Source: an uncultured Rivularia sp.
GTDB lineage: Bacteria > Cyanobacteriota > Cyanobacteriia > Cyanobacteriales > Nostocaceae
Direction of reading: 5' to 3'
DNA length: 64,000 nucleotides
NCBI GenBank assembly: GCA_963665115.1
Contig: OY762007.1
Coordinates: 3,552,001-3,616,000 of the forward strand
The position numbers and the translations under genes are program-made. Below are positions 10,171 to 21,004 of this stretch, piece by piece. The notes below the pieces were generated by a model. The model was given only the letters and a program-made list of their open reading frames with translations, did not search any database and was not told the origin of the DNA. The number at the start of each line of letters is the position of its first letter. The stretch's first letter is position 1.

Positions 10171-11772
10171 TTAACTCATCTCAGATTTTCGACGCGGGGG
10201 ATTATTTTCTCTAGGTGTTTCTGGAGTAAGTGTTTGAGGAGTTACAGCAATATCTCGAATTGCACCTCTATAAATCAACGCACCTAAAGTATTTAACTTA
10301 AATCCCCAACCTTGAGGCAAGTTACCATCATTATCATTTTGTCCCAAGTCTACATAAATACGCGGTGGAACAAAATATTTTGCATCAGAAACACCTATTA
10401 ATTCATCCACTTGTTCCATAATTTTATCGACTACAGAATCAAATTCGGCATAGCTATCGTAATTCTGTTGCAATCTATCTAGCGTAAAGTTGATAAATTC
10501 CCGCACCGCTTTAACTTTCTCGTCTCTTTCTGCGGTTGCTTCTTCCGAAAATCCCCGAGCATAAGGATTATCAAGCCCTAATTGTTGAATAATTAATGGT
10601 TCTAAATATTCAAAAAGCTTAACTTGTGCTTTGATAATTTTAGCGTTGTTAACGTCGTTGTGACGTGGTAACAAGGTGCGGAAAGCGCGACGCAATATTT
10701 GAGAAAGCGTGAAAGGTGGAAAAGGAATGCTGTTATTATCTATGGTGATTCCATTTTCTAACATGAGTACGTCTAGAGGTGCTAAATCCTGCGGCACAAC
10801 TGGCATCTGAATATTAAAAGTCTGAAATTCTGGGTTTGCGCTGCGATTGCTGAGAATATTTTCTTGTCTGCTATTTTGTTTTTCTTGAATTGCTAAAATT
10901 TCTTTTGCCGACTGCTCATTATTTAATAATGAAGTCAAACCTTTAAGATTGAAAGGATAAACGGAAGTATTGATGCTGATATAAACAAACTCTGAGCAAT
11001 AAGCTTTATTATTTGGATTGTTGAGAAAGGCGATCGCACTTTCATCACCAAGACTAGCTAAAGCGCAATTTTTGAGAAATTCTTTAAGACTAGCTTTATC
11101 AATAACCCGAGTTGGATCTCCTCCATTAAAATCGTTTTGGGAAAATTTTACAAACGGATTCATCAAAGCCATCCAACAGATAACGCTGTCGGTGTAACCT
11201 TTTTGCTGCTGCTCGGTTACGAATTCGGGAAAAACTAAATTTTGAGCTACCGCAATAAATCCATTTTCACCATATAAACCATTATGGTATGTATCTGGTT
11301 CGTTAAAAGTAGCAAAAGCTTTTGTTCCATCTTCTCTAATTGCCGGTACAGTTGCCCCAGAATGATGCCCTTCATTTTTGATAAAAACTTCCATCAACTG
11401 ATTGATTTCGTAATTACTTTGGGGACTCCAACGTAAGTCGATGACTTTACCGTAACGGTCTTTATTGTACTGATAAGTACAAATGAGCAAACCGTATTGT
11501 TCGAGAAACTCAACAATATCTTCATGCCCCGAAACGGTTTTTCCTTGAGAGTTTGTAACTATTTCTTCATCTGCAATACCGATAAAACCAGGAACTTTAA
11601 TTGTTTGGATATCTAACAAAGTTTGATCGTCAACGATTACCTGTTTGTGAAATAATCGTTTCATATCCTTTACAGGTTTTCCTTCTTTATAATCGGGACC
11701 TTGGATAGAGTTAAAAGTTTCTAAATCTACATCTTCAGCAGGATGCAAAGGTAAACCTGTATTTGAGTTCAT
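10171..11772 (-). CDS. Hypothetical protein, possible circularly permuted NlpC/P60 (papain-like) domain
   Basis: 533-aa ORF; GHHSG precedes YCSEFV, the order seen in permuted papain-like enzymes; the family call is inference. Confidence 0.75.
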   Translation of the reverse strand: MNSNTGLPLHPAEDVDLETFNSIQGPDYKEGKPVKDMKRLFHKQVIVDDQTLLDIQTIKVPGFIGIADEEIVTNSQGKTVSGHEDIVEFLEQYGLLICTYQYNKDRYGKVIDLRWSPQSNYEINQLMEVFIKNEGHHSGATVPAIREDGTKAFATFNEPDTYHNGLYGENGFIAVAQNLVFPEFVTEQQQKGYTDSVICWMALMNPFVKFSQNDFNGGDPTRVIDKASLKEFLKNCALASLGDESAIAFLNNPNNKAYCSEFVYISINTSVYPFNLKGLTSLLNNEQSAKEILAIQEKQNSRQENILSNRSANPEFQTFNIQMPVVPQDLAPLDVLMLENGITIDNNSIPFPPFTLSQILRRAFRTLLPRHNDVNNAKIIKAQVKLFEYLEPLIIQQLGLDNPYARGFSEEATAERDEKVKAVREFINFTLDRLQQNYDSYAEFDSVVDKIMEQVDELIGVSDAKYFVPPRIYVDLGQNDNDGNLPQGWGFKLNTLGALIYRGAIRDIAVTPQTLTPETPRENNPPRRKSEMS

Positions 11773-11921
11773 CTAATAATTCGTAGTATAAAATCTTTCG
11801 TATTATGTAATACTTTTGTGTCCGATACCACTAAATCCAGAAGAATTTTACATATAATTTTTAGCCAGTTTGTAGTAAGGACTTTAGATTGAGAGCTAGA
11901 GCTACTTACTACATACCTTTG

Positions 11922-13202
11922 CTACTCGTCGGCTCCAGCAGCTTTCAACATTTTTACAATGCTGGGATAACCGTTGAATTTTGCAAGCATTAAGGCAGTG
12001 TAACCACCTCGATTTTTAAAATTGATATCCGCACCAGCCTCTATTAACACTTCCACCACTTTCATATAACCCAGCGATGTTGCCCACATCAATGCTGTAG
12101 CACTGTTTCCATCTTTAAAGTTGATATCGGCACCGTGCGCTAATAATTCTTGAGTTATAGTTTTAAAATTGCGTTTTGTAGCTTCTATTAATAAAGTTTT
12201 TCCATCTTGTAATTGAGTATTCGCGTCAGCACCATTTTCTAGCAACACTTTTACAGTTTCTGTGTTCCCCTGCATTGTCGCTAATGTTAACGGTGTTTCA
12301 GCCAAATTAGTTATTTCTACATCGGCACCTTGTTTTAAAAGTGCTTGCAAAATAGTGCTGTATCCCTGCAAAGCTGCGACAAGTAAAGGTGTATCGCCTA
12401 AATTATTCCTTTTATTAACATCCGCACCACTTTTAAGAAGCACTTCTACAACGTCGGTAAAACCTTCGACAACTGCAATATGTAGAGGTGTTTCTCCATC
12501 TTTATCTTGAGAGTTTACATCAGCGCCTTTATTCACCAAAGTCGCCACTACAGGAGTATGCCCGCCCGCAACGGCAACAGATAATGCCGTTTCTCCATCA
12601 GTATTTTTTTCATTTAGATCAATTTTTGCAGTTAATAGCGCCTCAATGACTCCTAAACATCCTTTTTCTGCGGCTAACATTAACAATGTTTCACCTTCTT
12701 TATCTCGGATATTTACATCAGCACCTGCTTCGATTAAAATTTCGACTACGCCAGTATGCCCTTGTTTTACAGCTAGTTGTAAAGCTGTATCATTATCTTT
12801 ATCTTGAAGATTTACATTAGCCCCAGCATCTATTAAAGCTTGGATTATGGAACTATAACCTTTGAGAGCAGCTATCATCAAAGCCGTGCTGCCATCTTCA
12901 TTTAAAGCATTTATATCGGCACCTTTTGATATTAATATACGTACAATATCAGCTTGTTTTGCAGCACAAGCTAACATCAAAGCCGTCAAACCATAAAGTT
13001 TTCTTTTACAATCAATATTTGCACCCGAATCGAGGAGTATTCTGACAATTTCCGTATAGCCAGAATTCGCTGCAAACATTAGCGCTGTAGTGCCATCTTT
13101 ATCGTTCACACTGGCGGAAGCACCCGTACTTAAAAAAATTTGCACCCTTTTTATATCACCACTTCTAGCCGCTTCTAGCAGCGAAGCATTGTTTTTGCTC
13201 AT
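11922..13202 (-). CDS. Ankyrin repeat protein (~12 repeats)
   Basis: Repeated G-x-TAL/TPL...G..IV..LI..GADVN units with 33-aa period. Confidence 0.95.
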   Translation of the reverse strand: MSKNNASLLEAARSGDIKRVQIFLSTGASASVNDKDGTTALMFAANSGYTEIVRILLDSGANIDCKRKLYGLTALMLACAAKQADIVRILISKGADINALNEDGSTALMIAALKGYSSIIQALIDAGANVNLQDKDNDTALQLAVKQGHTGVVEILIEAGADVNIRDKEGETLLMLAAEKGCLGVIEALLTAKIDLNEKNTDGETALSVAVAGGHTPVVATLVNKGADVNSQDKDGETPLHIAVVEGFTDVVEVLLKSGADVNKRNNLGDTPLLVAALQGYSTILQALLKQGADVEITNLAETPLTLATMQGNTETVKVLLENGADANTQLQDGKTLLIEATKRNFKTITQELLAHGADINFKDGNSATALMWATSLGYMKVVEVLIEAGADINFKNRGGYTALMLAKFNGYPSIVKMLKAAGADE

Positions 13203-13262
13203 TGTTAGTTGTTAGTTGTTAGTTGTTAGTTGTTAGTTGTTGGTTGTTAGTTGTTAGTTGTT
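13202..13262. repeat. STRR heptamer tandem repeat (TTGTTAG)n
   Basis: About 8 near-perfect units directly upstream of the ankyrin gene. Confidence 0.9.
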
Positions 13263-13406
13263 GAAAAATTCCTAACTATTAACTCCTCACTCCTCACTCC
13301 TAACTATTCATCCAATTCCCAATTCTTATTTTCCCATCCCCTACTCCCTATTCCCGCGACGCGCTATGCTAATTTTTATGAAGATTTAAGTATTGGGGAG
13401 AACACG

Positions 13407-13871
13407 ATGGAGCTTTCACCGGAAGTTAAATACTGGATGCAATTTTTTCATCCCGTGCTAATGTGGGCGCTACTACTAGGTACGCTTTATGCAGCTTATT
13501 TAGGTTTACAGGTACAGCGTACTAGAAATGCTAGCGGTGAAGAGAAGAAAGAACTTATTAAAGGTAAGTACAATATCAAACACTTTCAAATAGGCTCTTT
13601 ATTATTAGCATTAATGGTATCGGGTTCTATTGGTGGGATGGCTGTTACCTATATTAATAATGGTAAATTATTTGTTGGTCCCCATCTATTAGCTGGGCTT
13701 GGGATGACAGCTTTGATTGGTTTTTCTGCTTCTCTATCTCCGTTTATGCAAAAAGGAGCAAATTGGGCGCGGATGACTCATATTCTTTTGAATTTTACTA
13801 TTTTAGGGTTGTTTACCTGGCAGGCTATCAGTGGCGTGCAGATTGTGCAAAAAATTCTTAGTAAAGCCTAA
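13407..13871 (+). CDS. DUF4079 family membrane protein
   Basis: FFHPVLMW, KHFQIGS, LFVGPHLLAGL, ARMTHILLN; ATG after GGGGAG RBS. Confidence 0.85.
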   Translation: MELSPEVKYWMQFFHPVLMWALLLGTLYAAYLGLQVQRTRNASGEEKKELIKGKYNIKHFQIGSLLLALMVSGSIGGMAVTYINNGKLFVGPHLLAGLGMTALIGFSASLSPFMQKGANWARMTHILLNFTILGLFTWQAISGVQIVQKILSKA

Positions 13872-13930
13872 ATAAGGTGTGAAGTATGAAGGTAGATTTA
13901 TTTCATCCTTCATGCTTCATCCTTCGTCTC

Positions 13931-14611
13931 TCATGCTTTTTTAGATTTATGTGAAAAAGGTATGCCCAAAGATTGATGAAAATCTTCTTGAACTTTGCGT
14001 GTTAAACGGCGAGATACCTGACGAACAATTTGATTGAGTAGGCGATCGCCAGTTGTTTGAATTAAAGATTTTGGTAAGCGTTTAATAAAGTTAGGAAATT
14101 CAACGTAAACATTTAGATGTAATTCCCATTCAACATTTGTTGTTGGGGTTGATTGAGCGGTATCATCTTCGTTTTGGTTTTCAACTAGCTGTAGTGATGC
14201 GCGATAATCTACATCGTAACCAGCAGGCTGATAGTCGGGAATAGGTATAGTGCGAATACAGTAAATACCTTCTTGGGCAGGTAAAAGTTCTAAACCGATT
14301 TTTGGCTCTACCTCGTAACCAAAAGAGCCAAAACGACCGATTGTTAATTCATAGCCATTTTCTCCTAAAGGTTGCACTTTCATCGGGTGAGCGCAACGAA
14401 CAAACCATTCGGAATGATTGTTCAGATATTCTGCAACAATTAAAGCCGATGCGGATAATGCCATGCAGTCGCGAAACGTGCAAGAAAATTTCGTTTCTTC
14501 CTGTAAATCTACTTCTAAGGGTAAATCTTGGGTATCAGATACAGTTGATGCCACAGATATAATTATTTCCTTTGTTTCATCAGGTTTATACTTTCGATTA
14601 ATTGAAACCAT
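13931..14611 (-). CDS. DUF1997 family protein
   Basis: YLNNHSEWFVRCAHPM, GRFGSFGYEVEPKIGL, GDRLLNQIVRQVSRRLT. Confidence 0.85.
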   Translation of the reverse strand: MVSINRKYKPDETKEIIISVASTVSDTQDLPLEVDLQEETKFSCTFRDCMALSASALIVAEYLNNHSEWFVRCAHPMKVQPLGENGYELTIGRFGSFGYEVEPKIGLELLPAQEGIYCIRTIPIPDYQPAGYDVDYRASLQLVENQNEDDTAQSTPTTNVEWELHLNVYVEFPNFIKRLPKSLIQTTGDRLLNQIVRQVSRRLTRKVQEDFHQSLGIPFSHKSKKA

Positions 14612-14789
14612 AAGTGCATTCCTGTATACTTTTAAGTTTTGATAAAATAATAATTCCCATCCTAGATGAAATGTTTCGCATCAATAAGGCAAATTCATCA
14701 AAATATTAACAATGTGCAATAAAGTTCACTGAATCTCTACAATAGAGAACGAAAGATAGTGATATAAGTTTCCCAATCCGGGGGTAGAC

Positions 14790-15449
14790 ATGAAAGCTTT
14801 TGTAGCAGGGGCAACAGGTGAAACGGGAAGACGCATCGTGCAAGAATTGGTAGCGCGTAATATTCCGGTTCGTGCATTAGTAAGAGATTTAGAAAAAGCT
14901 AGAAGCATTTTGCCTGAAACAGTGGACTTAGTGCAAGGTGATGTCTTGAAACCAGAAGATTTGTCTGCTGCTTTAGGAGACAGCACGGTGTTGTTGTGTG
15001 CGACTGGTGCGGCACCAAGTTTCGATCCTACAGGGCCTTATAAAGTAGATTATGAAGGTACAAAAAATTTGGTGGATGCTGCCAAAGCTAAAGGAATCGA
15101 ACATTTTGCCTTTGTTTCTTCGTTATGCACTTCCAAGCTGTTGCATCCGCTAAATTTATTTTGGTTGATTTTAGTTTGGAAAAAACAAGCAGAAGAATAT
15201 ATTCAAAAAAGCGGTTTAACTTATACAATAGTGCGTCCTGGGGGCTTGAAAAACGAAGACAACAGCAATCCCATTGTTATGCAATCGGCAGATACAATGT
15301 TTGACGGCAGTATTCCTCGTCAAAAAGTCGCGGCTGTTTGTGTAGAATCACTCTTTGAACCAGCTTCCCGCAACAAGATTGTAGAAATTATTTCTAAAGA
15401 AGACGCTACTGTTAAAAGTTTTGCAGAATTATTTGCAGCAGTAGCCTAA
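14790..15449 (+). CDS. NAD(P)-binding atypical SDR oxidoreductase
   Basis: VAGATGETG Rossmann motif, VDYEGTKNL, TIVRPGGL. Confidence 0.9.
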   Translation: MKAFVAGATGETGRRIVQELVARNIPVRALVRDLEKARSILPETVDLVQGDVLKPEDLSAALGDSTVLLCATGAAPSFDPTGPYKVDYEGTKNLVDAAKAKGIEHFAFVSSLCTSKLLHPLNLFWLILVWKKQAEEYIQKSGLTYTIVRPGGLKNEDNSNPIVMQSADTMFDGSIPRQKVAAVCVESLFEPASRNKIVEIISKEDATVKSFAELFAAVA

Positions 15450-15674
15450 TTCAATTTTGGATTTTGGATTAAAAGAGTTAGGAGTTAGGAGTTAGGAGTT
15501 TTCATTTCTCCTCATCCCCTTGCCTCCCCTCTTTTTCCTGTTTTCTGTTAACAAAATAATCATTGCTAGAATTAAACTTGTTCGACAATCCGGTTTAGTT
15601 AGTTAAAAATTTTGCCGGAATCGTTGGATTTATTTTTGTTGTTATTTGTTATGTGGCTATTTTAATTAATATCG

Positions 15675-16361
15675 ATGAGTCAAACTCTTAAAGGTTTTCA
15701 CTTCAAAGGCATTGAAAAATTTATCGGACCTGTAGCTGCCCTTTTGGCTTTTGTCTGTATGTTTCAATGGTACATTCATGGTAGTTTGGAACCGAATAGC
15801 GACCCGGTATTTCAGAAGAGACAGCCGCCTTTAATGATGGAGGGGGGGGACCCTTATATTCGTGCTTTAATGCGGACTATCTCGGCTAGTGAAGCTAATA
15901 GCAAGCGTCCTTACTCGATTTTGTATGGTGGAGAACACGTTAGCGATTTAAGTCGCCATCCTGAAAAATGCGTCAGAATTCCTATTGGCCCAAATACAGG
16001 AAATTGTTCTACTGCTGCTGGTAGATATCAAGTTATTAATACCACTTGGTTTAAAATTGCCGAGCGCTATCATCCAGAGCAGCCAATGCCGATGATGTTT
16101 TGGGCTAGCTATAGTTTTGAAGCTGAATATCAAGATCGAGTGGTTCACAGTTGGTTGAATGATTCTAAAGAATGGGGAGTTAGTATTCCTCAATTATTGC
16201 GGCAGGGGAAAGTAAACAAAGTTTTAAAAGTGCTTTCCCCTACCTGGACAAGCTTGGGATATGGTATTGAAACTAATTCGGTAAGTAGTAGTTTGCCAAA
16301 GATTTATCAGAAAGTTTTGAAGGAAGAATTAAGTGCGGTGAATGTAAATAAAGTTGAATAA
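15675..16361 (+). CDS. Membrane-anchored lambda-lysozyme-like muramidase (GH104)
   Basis: N-terminal TM; RALMRTISASE, Y..LYGG, HP, STAAGRYQ...TW, QD, WTSL. Confidence 0.85.
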   Translation: MSQTLKGFHFKGIEKFIGPVAALLAFVCMFQWYIHGSLEPNSDPVFQKRQPPLMMEGGDPYIRALMRTISASEANSKRPYSILYGGEHVSDLSRHPEKCVRIPIGPNTGNCSTAAGRYQVINTTWFKIAERYHPEQPMPMMFWASYSFEAEYQDRVVHSWLNDSKEWGVSIPQLLRQGKVNKVLKVLSPTWTSLGYGIETNSVSSSLPKIYQKVLKEELSAVNVNKVE

Positions 16362-16602
16362 TTGCTGATATTCGTCACCTTGATTTTGATGTGTCGTGGG
16401 GTTTGTAGTAGTAGTTCGCCACATTAATTTTGATAGGTAAAAAAGGTTCGTAGTAAGCGCTTTAGCGCCTCCGGATTTAGGGAACCTAAGTCCTTACTAC
16501 AAACCCGTCAAAACAAATGAAAAGGACTAGTCGTGCCGTCTTTGCCTGATATTACAGAATTCGGAGGGGAAGACGGCCCAACTACAAACTCTTTAGAACT
16601 TT

Positions 16603-17409
16603 TTAATTAAAAAAACCTCGCATATTTTCGACAAATACAGGCGTATTCTCTAAATGAATATTGTGAGATGCATTTTCAATTATTTTTAATTCACATAACC
16701 GATCAACCTGAGCCATTTTTGTATTTATATCAACAAATTTTTTATCCTTTTCTCCCATCAGCAAAAGCAAAGGAACTTTATTCTCTGGCAATTTCTCCCA
16801 TAAAGATGGTTGAACTCCGGTACCCATCAGTCGCAGCGATTTAGCTAGTTCTATCGGATTATTTTGTAAGCGATTTTCTATCATCGACTTAAATTGTGGA
16901 TGATTTTTGATATTGCCAAAAATCGATTGACTATACCAGTTATTTAAAAATTCTTTAAAATCATCTTTTACAAAACTTCTTTCTAGTTTTCTGGCTATTT
17001 GTTCGTCTCGCTTTACTCTTTCTAATCTTTCTTCCTCAGTCGATAAACCTGGTGAAGCCGATTCCAAAATAACTTTATAAAAATATTGGGGAAAGTGAAG
17101 TGTCAAATACAAGGCTAATCTTCCACCCATTGAATATCCAACTAAGAAACACTGCTTAATTTTCAATTCATCTAATAAGTTAATTAATCCATCGGCAGTT
17201 TTTGCCATTGTATAACAATCATCATTTAAGACTTGAGTTTTTCCATGTCCGGGAAGATCGATTTTTAAACAATGAAAGTCATTAATTAATAAAGATGCGG
17301 CTTGGTTAAATTCATAACTATTACCCATGAAGCCGTGCAAAAAAAGAATCAGCGGCAGTTTTGAGTTACCACTGAAACAATAATGAAATCTATATTTTTT
17401 TAAACTCAT
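16603..17409 (-). CDS. menH: 2-succinyl-6-hydroxy-2,4-cyclohexadiene-1-carboxylate synthase
   Basis: FLHGFMG, GYSMGGRLAL, ESASPGL, WYSQSIF, GEKDKKF, HNIHLE. Confidence 0.88.
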   Translation of the reverse strand: MSLKKYRFHYCFSGNSKLPLILFLHGFMGNSYEFNQAASLLINDFHCLKIDLPGHGKTQVLNDDCYTMAKTADGLINLLDELKIKQCFLVGYSMGGRLALYLTLHFPQYFYKVILESASPGLSTEEERLERVKRDEQIARKLERSFVKDDFKEFLNNWYSQSIFGNIKNHPQFKSMIENRLQNNPIELAKSLRLMGTGVQPSLWEKLPENKVPLLLLMGEKDKKFVDINTKMAQVDRLCELKIIENASHNIHLENTPVFVENMRGFFN

Positions 17410-17482
17410 TGAGATTTATTTTAGCGATTAAAAATATACACACCCTATAAATGGCTTGCACAATTAACTGGAAAATTACTCT

Positions 17483-17854
17483 TTAAGGCAAAAACCTATC
17501 TAAAGCCGCTTTTAATTCTTCCATTTCAGCATCAATATTGCCATCTTTTGCCGCTCTAGCAACGCACTCCGTTAGATGCTCGTCTAATACAATCCGCGCT
17601 ACCTTGTCAATTGCACCTCTGACAGCAGCAATTTGTAGCAAAACATCAGGGCAAGGAGTGTTTTGCTGCACCATAGATTTAATTCCTCTAATATGCCCCT
17701 CAATACGTGATAGCCGATTAACTATTTTTCGTAAAGACTCTTCGCTGTGGACATGATTGTGAGTTGAGTGCTTATGATTATGGTTATGTTCTGGGATTTT
17801 ACTGTCTTTACTGTCACTCAGCATTGGTTCGTTTTCTTTTGAAGTTCCATTCAT
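17483..17854 (-). CDS. CsoR/RcnR family metal-sensing repressor (InrS-like)
   Basis: His-rich N-terminus HNHNHKHSTHNHVH; RLSRIEGHIRGI, CPDVLLQIAAV, HLTEC. Confidence 0.9.
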   Translation of the reverse strand: MNGTSKENEPMLSDSKDSKIPEHNHNHKHSTHNHVHSEESLRKIVNRLSRIEGHIRGIKSMVQQNTPCPDVLLQIAAVRGAIDKVARIVLDEHLTECVARAAKDGNIDAEMEELKAALDRFLP

Positions 17855-18151
17855 TGGCTATTTTCGGGGTTGAGGCAGTACTTACAATCCTAGCGCAAAC
17901 GGCAAACAGTCACGATAGTCTTTTGCAATCCCAAGGCTACGTTATACAAGCGGATTAGCTTTTTCGGTAGAGAAAACATAAACCCAATTTTTGCTAATAT
18001 GATTAATAAATTCAACGGTACTTAAGGTTCGTTAAATGCCTTTTAACTAAGGATTAGGGCTTAAAAGAACGAAACTTAAATTTCTGGTGATGCAATTGAA
18101 AATGTATCACTTTTGAAAATAACCTGCTTCTCAATAGCTGCAAATAAAATT

Positions 18152-19360
18152 ATGAAATTCACATATTCTAAGTCTATAAGACAACTAAGTATGCACTTAT
18201 TAGCAATTATTATCGGGGTTTTGTTGAGTACTAATAGTATTTATATATTACCTGCTCAAGCAGAACCCGCATCTGTGATGTCGGTTGATTCGCATTTGAT
18301 TGCTCAAAAGCCTTCAAGTGCTTCTGCTGCAATCGGAAGCAGTAGTTTTGTAACGGCGGCAGTTAATCAAGTCGGCAATGCAGTAGTTCGTATTGATACC
18401 GAACGCACGATAAGCCGTCGTCTTCCCGAACCTTTTACAGAAGATCCATTTTTTCGGAGATTTTTTGGCGATTCTTTGCCTAGAAATTTGCCTCCTGAAG
18501 AATTACGCGGTTTAGGTTCTGGTTTTATTATTGATAAGAGCGGGTTAGTTTTAACCAATGCTCATGTAGTTGATAAAGCCGATAAAGTAACGGTAAGTCT
18601 CAAAGATGGACGCAAATTTGAAGCTAAAGTCCAAGGCGCTGATGAAGTCACCGATTTAGCTGTTGTAAAAATTAATGCTGGAAGCGATTTACCAGTTGCC
18701 ACCTTGGGTTCATCCAGTAACGTTCAAGTTGGAGATTGGGCGATCGCCGTAGGTAATCCTTTGGGTTTCGACAATACGGTAACGTTGGGAATTGTCAGTA
18801 CTTTGAAACGCCCCAGCGCTCAAGTTGGCATTTCCTCGAAGCGTTTAGAATTTATTCAAACCGATGCGGCAATTAATCCCGGAAACTCTGGTGGTCCTTT
18901 ATTAAACGATAGAGGCGAAGTTATCGGTATAAATACGGCAATTCGTGCCGATGCAATGGGTATTGGTTTCGCCATTCCAATCGACAAAGCCAAACAAATC
19001 ACCAGCGAATTAGAGCGCAACGGCAGAGTTGCTCATCCATTTATAGGGATAGGAATGGATGATTTAACCCCCGATAAAGCGCGACAAATCAATGCCAATC
19101 CAAATTCTCCTATTCAAGTACCCGAAGTAAAAGGTATTTTGATAGGAAGAGTTATTCCCGATTCCCCGGCGGCTAACGCGGGTATTCGTATCGGAGACGT
19201 AATTGTTGCTATTGATGGAAAACCCATTAGTAAAGGTGAAGAATTGCTAAATATCGTAGAAAACAGCGGTGTAGGTCAAAATTTACAGCTAAAAGTCCGA
19301 AGAGGTAATCGCATCCAGAAAATATCATTACGTACCGCTGATATGAAAGATTTTTCGTAA
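18152..19360 (+). CDS. HhoA/HtrA/DegP serine protease with PDZ domain
   Basis: GSGFI, LTNAHVV, DLAVV, QTDAAINPGNSGGPL, C-terminal PDZ; signal-like N-terminus. Confidence 0.93.
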   Translation: MKFTYSKSIRQLSMHLLAIIIGVLLSTNSIYILPAQAEPASVMSVDSHLIAQKPSSASAAIGSSSFVTAAVNQVGNAVVRIDTERTISRRLPEPFTEDPFFRRFFGDSLPRNLPPEELRGLGSGFIIDKSGLVLTNAHVVDKADKVTVSLKDGRKFEAKVQGADEVTDLAVVKINAGSDLPVATLGSSSNVQVGDWAIAVGNPLGFDNTVTLGIVSTLKRPSAQVGISSKRLEFIQTDAAINPGNSGGPLLNDRGEVIGINTAIRADAMGIGFAIPIDKAKQITSELERNGRVAHPFIGIGMDDLTPDKARQINANPNSPIQVPEVKGILIGRVIPDSPAANAGIRIGDVIVAIDGKPISKGEELLNIVENSGVGQNLQLKVRRGNRIQKISLRTADMKDFS

Positions 19361-19417
19361 GGGAGTAGGGAGTAGGCAATGGGGAATTGAGGATTGAGGA
19401 TTATCTATACCCTTCTT

Positions 19418-19470
19418 ACCCTCACTCTGGAAGAGTGGGGCTATAGAAACAAAGCCCACCTGCGTGGGCT
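19418..19470. repeat. REP-like element AGCCCACGCAGGTGGGCT family (reverse orientation)
   Basis: Reverse complement nearly matches 34802-34853; further copies at ~63615-63695. Confidence 0.8.
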
Positions 19471-19476
19471 AAATTA

Positions 19477-19527
19477 ACTTCTAACTCCTAACTCCTAACT
19501 TCTAACTCCTAACTCCTAACTCCTAAC
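19477..19527. repeat. STRR heptamer tandem repeat (CCTAACT)n
   Basis: Seen directly; same unit at ~15475-15500, ~29875-29920, ~57465-57503. Confidence 0.85.
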
Positions 19528-19545
19528 TTTTTCTCCTCATCCTTT

Positions 19546-20388
19546 TTAACTTCGTCGCACAAAGGGCTTCATGTCTTGCAAAATCACTTCATGATGATGC
19601 TCTTGAGCATAATGCGCTACGTCGTTGATTTTAACTATTTGAGCATCGTGTACGGAATCAGCAAATTTTTCTGCCATTTCTACGTTTAACCAGGGATCTG
19701 TTTTTCCCCATTGAATTAAAATCGGTTTTTCCCATTGTTTAAACCCAGATTCTATTTCTTCCATTGCAGTATTAAGCTGCAAATTCCGAATTGTTGCTAA
19801 TAAACTCCTTCCGGTTGCGGAAGCTTTTAAAAACGGTTTGCGATAAGTATCTAAATCTTTATCTTTATAGACGTAACGGCTACCACCTTCTAAGGTTCTG
19901 TCAACTAATAAAGGGTCTTGTGTCATCATTTCACCTGCTAAAGGTAGACCCATTTGTTTGATTTTCCAAGGTAGTTTAGCTGTAGATGAAATTGGCGTGT
20001 TGAGTATAATTATGCTGGCTATCTTTTCAGGATTTCTTAGAGCATATTGTAAGCCTACAGAACCCAAAAAACCTTGAACTACTAAAGAAAAACGTTCAAG
20101 TTCTAATGTTTCAATAAAACCATCTAAAGCTGTAATATATGCTTCTGGAGTGTAAGCAAAATCTCTTTTTTCTGGTTTGGCTGAAAAACCTGAACCAATC
20201 CAATCTGGGGCAATTACTTTGTTACCTTGTTGCGCTAATCCCGGCATGATATTGCGCCAGCTATAACTTTGGGATACTAAACCGTGTAGCAATAAAACTG
20301 GGAATAAATCGCTTCTACCTACTGGTTCTACTTGTCGATAAAACCATTCTAGTGAATCTACTGTTATTTTGTGTTCTGTTATAGACAT
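19546..20388 (-). CDS. Alpha/beta hydrolase (haloalkane dehalogenase-like)
   Basis: LLLHG..SQSYSWR, APDWIGSGFSAKP, WGKTDPW, HYAQE. Confidence 0.88.
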   Translation of the reverse strand: MSITEHKITVDSLEWFYRQVEPVGRSDLFPVLLLHGLVSQSYSWRNIMPGLAQQGNKVIAPDWIGSGFSAKPEKRDFAYTPEAYITALDGFIETLELERFSLVVQGFLGSVGLQYALRNPEKIASIIILNTPISSTAKLPWKIKQMGLPLAGEMMTQDPLLVDRTLEGGSRYVYKDKDLDTYRKPFLKASATGRSLLATIRNLQLNTAMEEIESGFKQWEKPILIQWGKTDPWLNVEMAEKFADSVHDAQIVKINDVAHYAQEHHHEVILQDMKPFVRRS

Positions 20389-20522
20389 TATAAAAAAACC
20401 TTACGCAAAGATTTTTGTTATTAATTCTTGATATGAATTAGAAACAAAGATGGTAGAAGCTGTAAAAAATCAACTCCTTCCATAACTAGCATAGGCTTTT
20501 CGATGCTTTTAACAAAATTATT

Positions 20523-20975
20523 TTACTTAAGAAGCGTTGTACCTAATAGAGAACCATCTGCTTTCCTTAGAATAACGTAAGCTTTCGTAAAAGTCCTAGA
20601 AGACCTTGTTTCTCCTGCCCGAAGACGGCGATTCTTGCCTTGAAAAGTACCCGAAATTTCTATTAATCGAACTTGAGTTTTAGCAAGTGGGTGGTCTTCT
20701 CCTACAGGTTCTGGTAATTCTTGTAGGGCTTCTTTATAGCTTACTAAACTAGACTTTATAACTTTTGAGTTAATTGCTTTGAAACGTTTTATTACTGTGT
20801 CTAAAGCTATTTGTACTGCAAGCTCACCAATATCACCAGTTGGATTTGCTGGAGATGGAAGACTTGGTAACGGATCGGTGTTTAGAAGAGGTAGTTGCTG
20901 TTTTATTTCTTCAGAATTTTGTGCAGAATCTTTAGGAGAACCATTCATAGGAGAAAGCTGAGAATCTGATATCAA
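20523..20975 (-). CDS. Hypothetical protein (third gene of the amidase cassette)
   Basis: 150-aa ORF co-oriented ~30 bp downstream of the lipoprotein gene; start uncertain (ATG at 20948 possible). Confidence 0.6.
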   Translation of the reverse strand: MISDSQLSPMNGSPKDSAQNSEEIKQQLPLLNTDPLPSLPSPANPTGDIGELAVQIALDTVIKRFKAINSKVIKSSLVSYKEALQELPEPVGEDHPLAKTQVRLIEISGTFQGKNRRLRAGETRSSRTFTKAYVILRKADGSLLGTTLLK

Positions 20976-21004
20976 TTCTGTATGAGGTAGTCTCTACAAG
21001 CAAA

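Noticed and set aside
13251..13406. N-terminal extension of the DUF4079 ORF
   Set aside because: Derived from tandem repeats; an RBS supports ATG at 13407
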